Shown: positions 62,343 to 64,000 of the stretch, in pieces
How positions within the stretch are numbered: the first letter of the stretch is position 1
How the letters are laid out: each line of letters begins with the position of its first letter
NCBI GenBank assembly: GCA_048938855.1
Contig: JBHLLT010000007.1
Coordinates: 34,063 to 98,062 of the forward strand
Length of the DNA stretch: 64,000 bases
From: Promethearchaeota archaeon
GTDB lineage: Archaea > Asgardarchaeota > Lokiarchaeia > Sigyniarchaeales > SOKP01
Direction of reading: 5' to 3'
The notes under the pieces: generated by a model
Database searches by the model: none
What the model was told of the DNA's origin: nothing
Seen by the model: the letters and a program-made list of their open reading frames with translations, nothing else
Made by a program: the position numbers and the translations under genes

Positions 62343-64000
62343 TTAACTATTATTTAAGTCAAGTTCTTCAATTTTAGAATAACAATTATTAAGTGAATCT
62401 AATAATATGGACGATATATCTACTGAGATCTTGTTATTTTCTAATAAATCAAGTGTTTCTTCCCTAGCACGATCTATAAATTGCTTAGCTAATGATAATG
62501 CCGAATCTGGATTAATATCACGAGAAAGTTTAATAATTGCGAGTTCTAGTTGCATAGCACTCAATTTTATTAGATGTTCTAAATATTTACAATTGCAATC
62601 TCCAAGTTGTTCTTCAATAAAATCCTCAAGATTCAGAAGCTCAACTTCAATTGAAGCAATATCATATCCACAACTAATACCTTTAACATAATCAACAGAA
62701 TTTCCCATCATTAATACAACAAAATTCCTTATTTGATGGAGAAATGAGATCATATCATCTATTATTGCGGTAGATATTAAATCAATTTTGTTATAGAATT
62801 CTGTCTCGAATTCTACAAACTCTATAATTGCTTGAATTATAAGCTCATTAAACACTCCCTTATTAAGATCTCCGGCTTCAACAAGCAAATAAGCTTGCCA
62901 TAAATCTTGTCGGGCAAAACATAATTTAAAACCTATACTATTAGCAATTATAAAGTAGAGATTTTCATCTACATAATCAATTAAATCTCCTAATAATTTA
63001 TCCACGCGGAGAAAACAATTTTCAAGATCTACACTAATCCGAAATATTTCATTGTTATATTCTTCATCACCCTCAAAATCCCGGTCATTATTTGTTGTAT
63101 ATACTTCTAAACAATAATTTCCTGGTTTTAATGGTATATTGATTGTGTAATTAACATCTTCGAGTAAAATAACACCAGATTGCAATATTATACCTTGTTC
63201 ATCAATTAAGAAAAATTCTCCAGTAGCTTTACTATCTTCAATACCATCATTATCAACAATGGATAATTGATAACTAAAATCCTCATAATAAAAATGTATC
63301 TCTGGAGGTGTAGAATCATCATCGAAAACTTCAAAAGAACAAATAAGCTCAGAAACTTTTTGATCTTCTTCGCGATCATTATCGGCATCTATTGCTACGA
63401 CTGTAAAATAATTAAAAATCTCAAGAAGCCTTGGATTTTCAATTAAAATTTGGTTATCTCTGTCATCATCATAATACCGAGTATCATTAACCTCAATAAA
63501 TAGATCAGAAATTCCTGATGCATCTTCAACTGAAATAACAATAATTATAAACTCATAGTAATCATAAACTCTATTATTAATAATATCCACATCTATAATT
63601 AAGGGGCCCTCATCGTCGTCATCCGTAATGTTAATCCAAACAGTAATAGTGGTATTTAAATAGTCACCAAGTCTATCAACATCTGCATCACTAGCCGTAA
63701 AAGTAAATTCATGAATCCCCAGAGTGCTAGGCACATCATAAATCCCGCTGGGGTCTAAAGTTAAACCTGAATTATCTGAAGCATTAACAATGAGTTGTCC
63801 AGGATCCCCATCAGTGTAATTGCCTGTATAAATATATGTTATAACTGGAGATAAAATGTCATCATCCGTAATATTGATTGAAACAGTTATAGTGGTATTT
63901 AAACAATCGCCAAGTCTATCAATATCTGCATCACTAGCCGTAAAAGTAAATTCATGAATCCCCAGAGTGCTAGGCACATCATAAATCCCGCTGGGGTCTA
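62343..64000 (-). CDS. Large repeat-containing, probably extracellular protein (partial; start lies beyond the window end)
   Basis: The frame is open to the window edge. Acidic Ig/cadherin-like repeats (FTASDADxDRLGD...ITDDD) are followed by a helical C-terminal domain. Confidence 0.8.
   Translation of the reverse strand, partial: DPSGIYDVPSTLGIHEFTFTASDADIDRLGDCLNTTITVSINITDDDILSPVITYIYTGNYTDGDPGQLIVNASDNSGLTLDPSGIYDVPSTLGIHEFTFTASDADVDRLGDYLNTTITVWINITDDDDEGPLIIDVDIINNRVYDYYEFIIIVISVEDASGISDLFIEVNDTRYYDDDRDNQILIENPRLLEIFNYFTVVAIDADNDREEDQKVSELICSFEVFDDDSTPPEIHFYYEDFSYQLSIVDNDGIEDSKATGEFFLIDEQGIILQSGVILLEDVNYTINIPLKPGNYCLEVYTTNNDRDFEGDEEYNNEIFRISVDLENCFLRVDKLLGDLIDYVDENLYFIIANSIGFKLCFARQDLWQAYLLVEAGDLNKGVFNELIIQAIIEFVEFETEFYNKIDLISTAIIDDMISFLHQIRNFVVLMMGNSVDYVKGISCGYDIASIEVELLNLEDFIEEQLGDCNCKYLEHLIKLSAMQLELAIIKLSRDINPDSALSLAKQFIDRAREETLDLLENNKISVDISSILLDSLNNCYSKIEELDLNNS
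63618..64000. repeat. 243-nt (81-aa) intragenic tandem repeat, near-identical at DNA level
   Basis: AGAGTGCTAGGCACATCATAAATCCCGCTGGGGTCTA occurs at 63721 and 63964; ATCCGTAAT occurs at 63621 and 63864. Confidence 0.9.

Noticed and set aside
2419-63388. Numerous 60-145 aa ORFs nested in or antisense to long genes (e.g. 3397, 7220, 19130, 23993, 27571, 45629, 55994, 62407)
   Set aside because: They overlap well-supported genes and carry no motifs; they are typical shadow ORFs.

Overview
AT-rich (roughly 28-30% GC by eye), gene-dense archaeal chromosomal DNA. The gene content points to an Asgard archaeon, probably Lokiarchaeia (inference): archaeal-type tRNA-Ala, PAC2 chaperone, AOR, AfpA-like flavoprotein, several Rpn11-like MPN proteins, many TM + zinc-ribbon proteins, and GGTGA-type ribosome-binding sites. 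Most of the window is metabolic or housekeeping: rpiA, purE, thiolase, dut, NDP-forming acyl-CoA synthetase, gatC, AOR, SufBC-like and IscS/IscU Fe-S systems, MobA, a CopA locus and a ChlD-like AAA-VWA protein. I saw no transposase, integrase, CRISPR array or rRNA. Highlights: (1) a cluster of three MPN/JAMM genes, including a translationally coupled active (MPN+) and catalytically dead (MPN-) pair with long coiled-coil tails, resembling eukaryotic Rpn11-Rpn8 or BRCC36-Abraxas; (2) two paralogous D/E/W-repeat micro-proteins with a conserved upstream element, next to a methyltransferase/ATP-grasp fusion; (3) a copper locus whose CopA C-terminal Cys/His domain also exists as free mini-genes and may be translated from an internal start; (4) a membrane subtilisin with site-1-protease-like architecture; (5) several apparent ATA/ATT start codons; (6) a beta-CASP nuclease with duplicated degenerate KH-like domains. 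All family assignments come from motif recognition; no database search was run.
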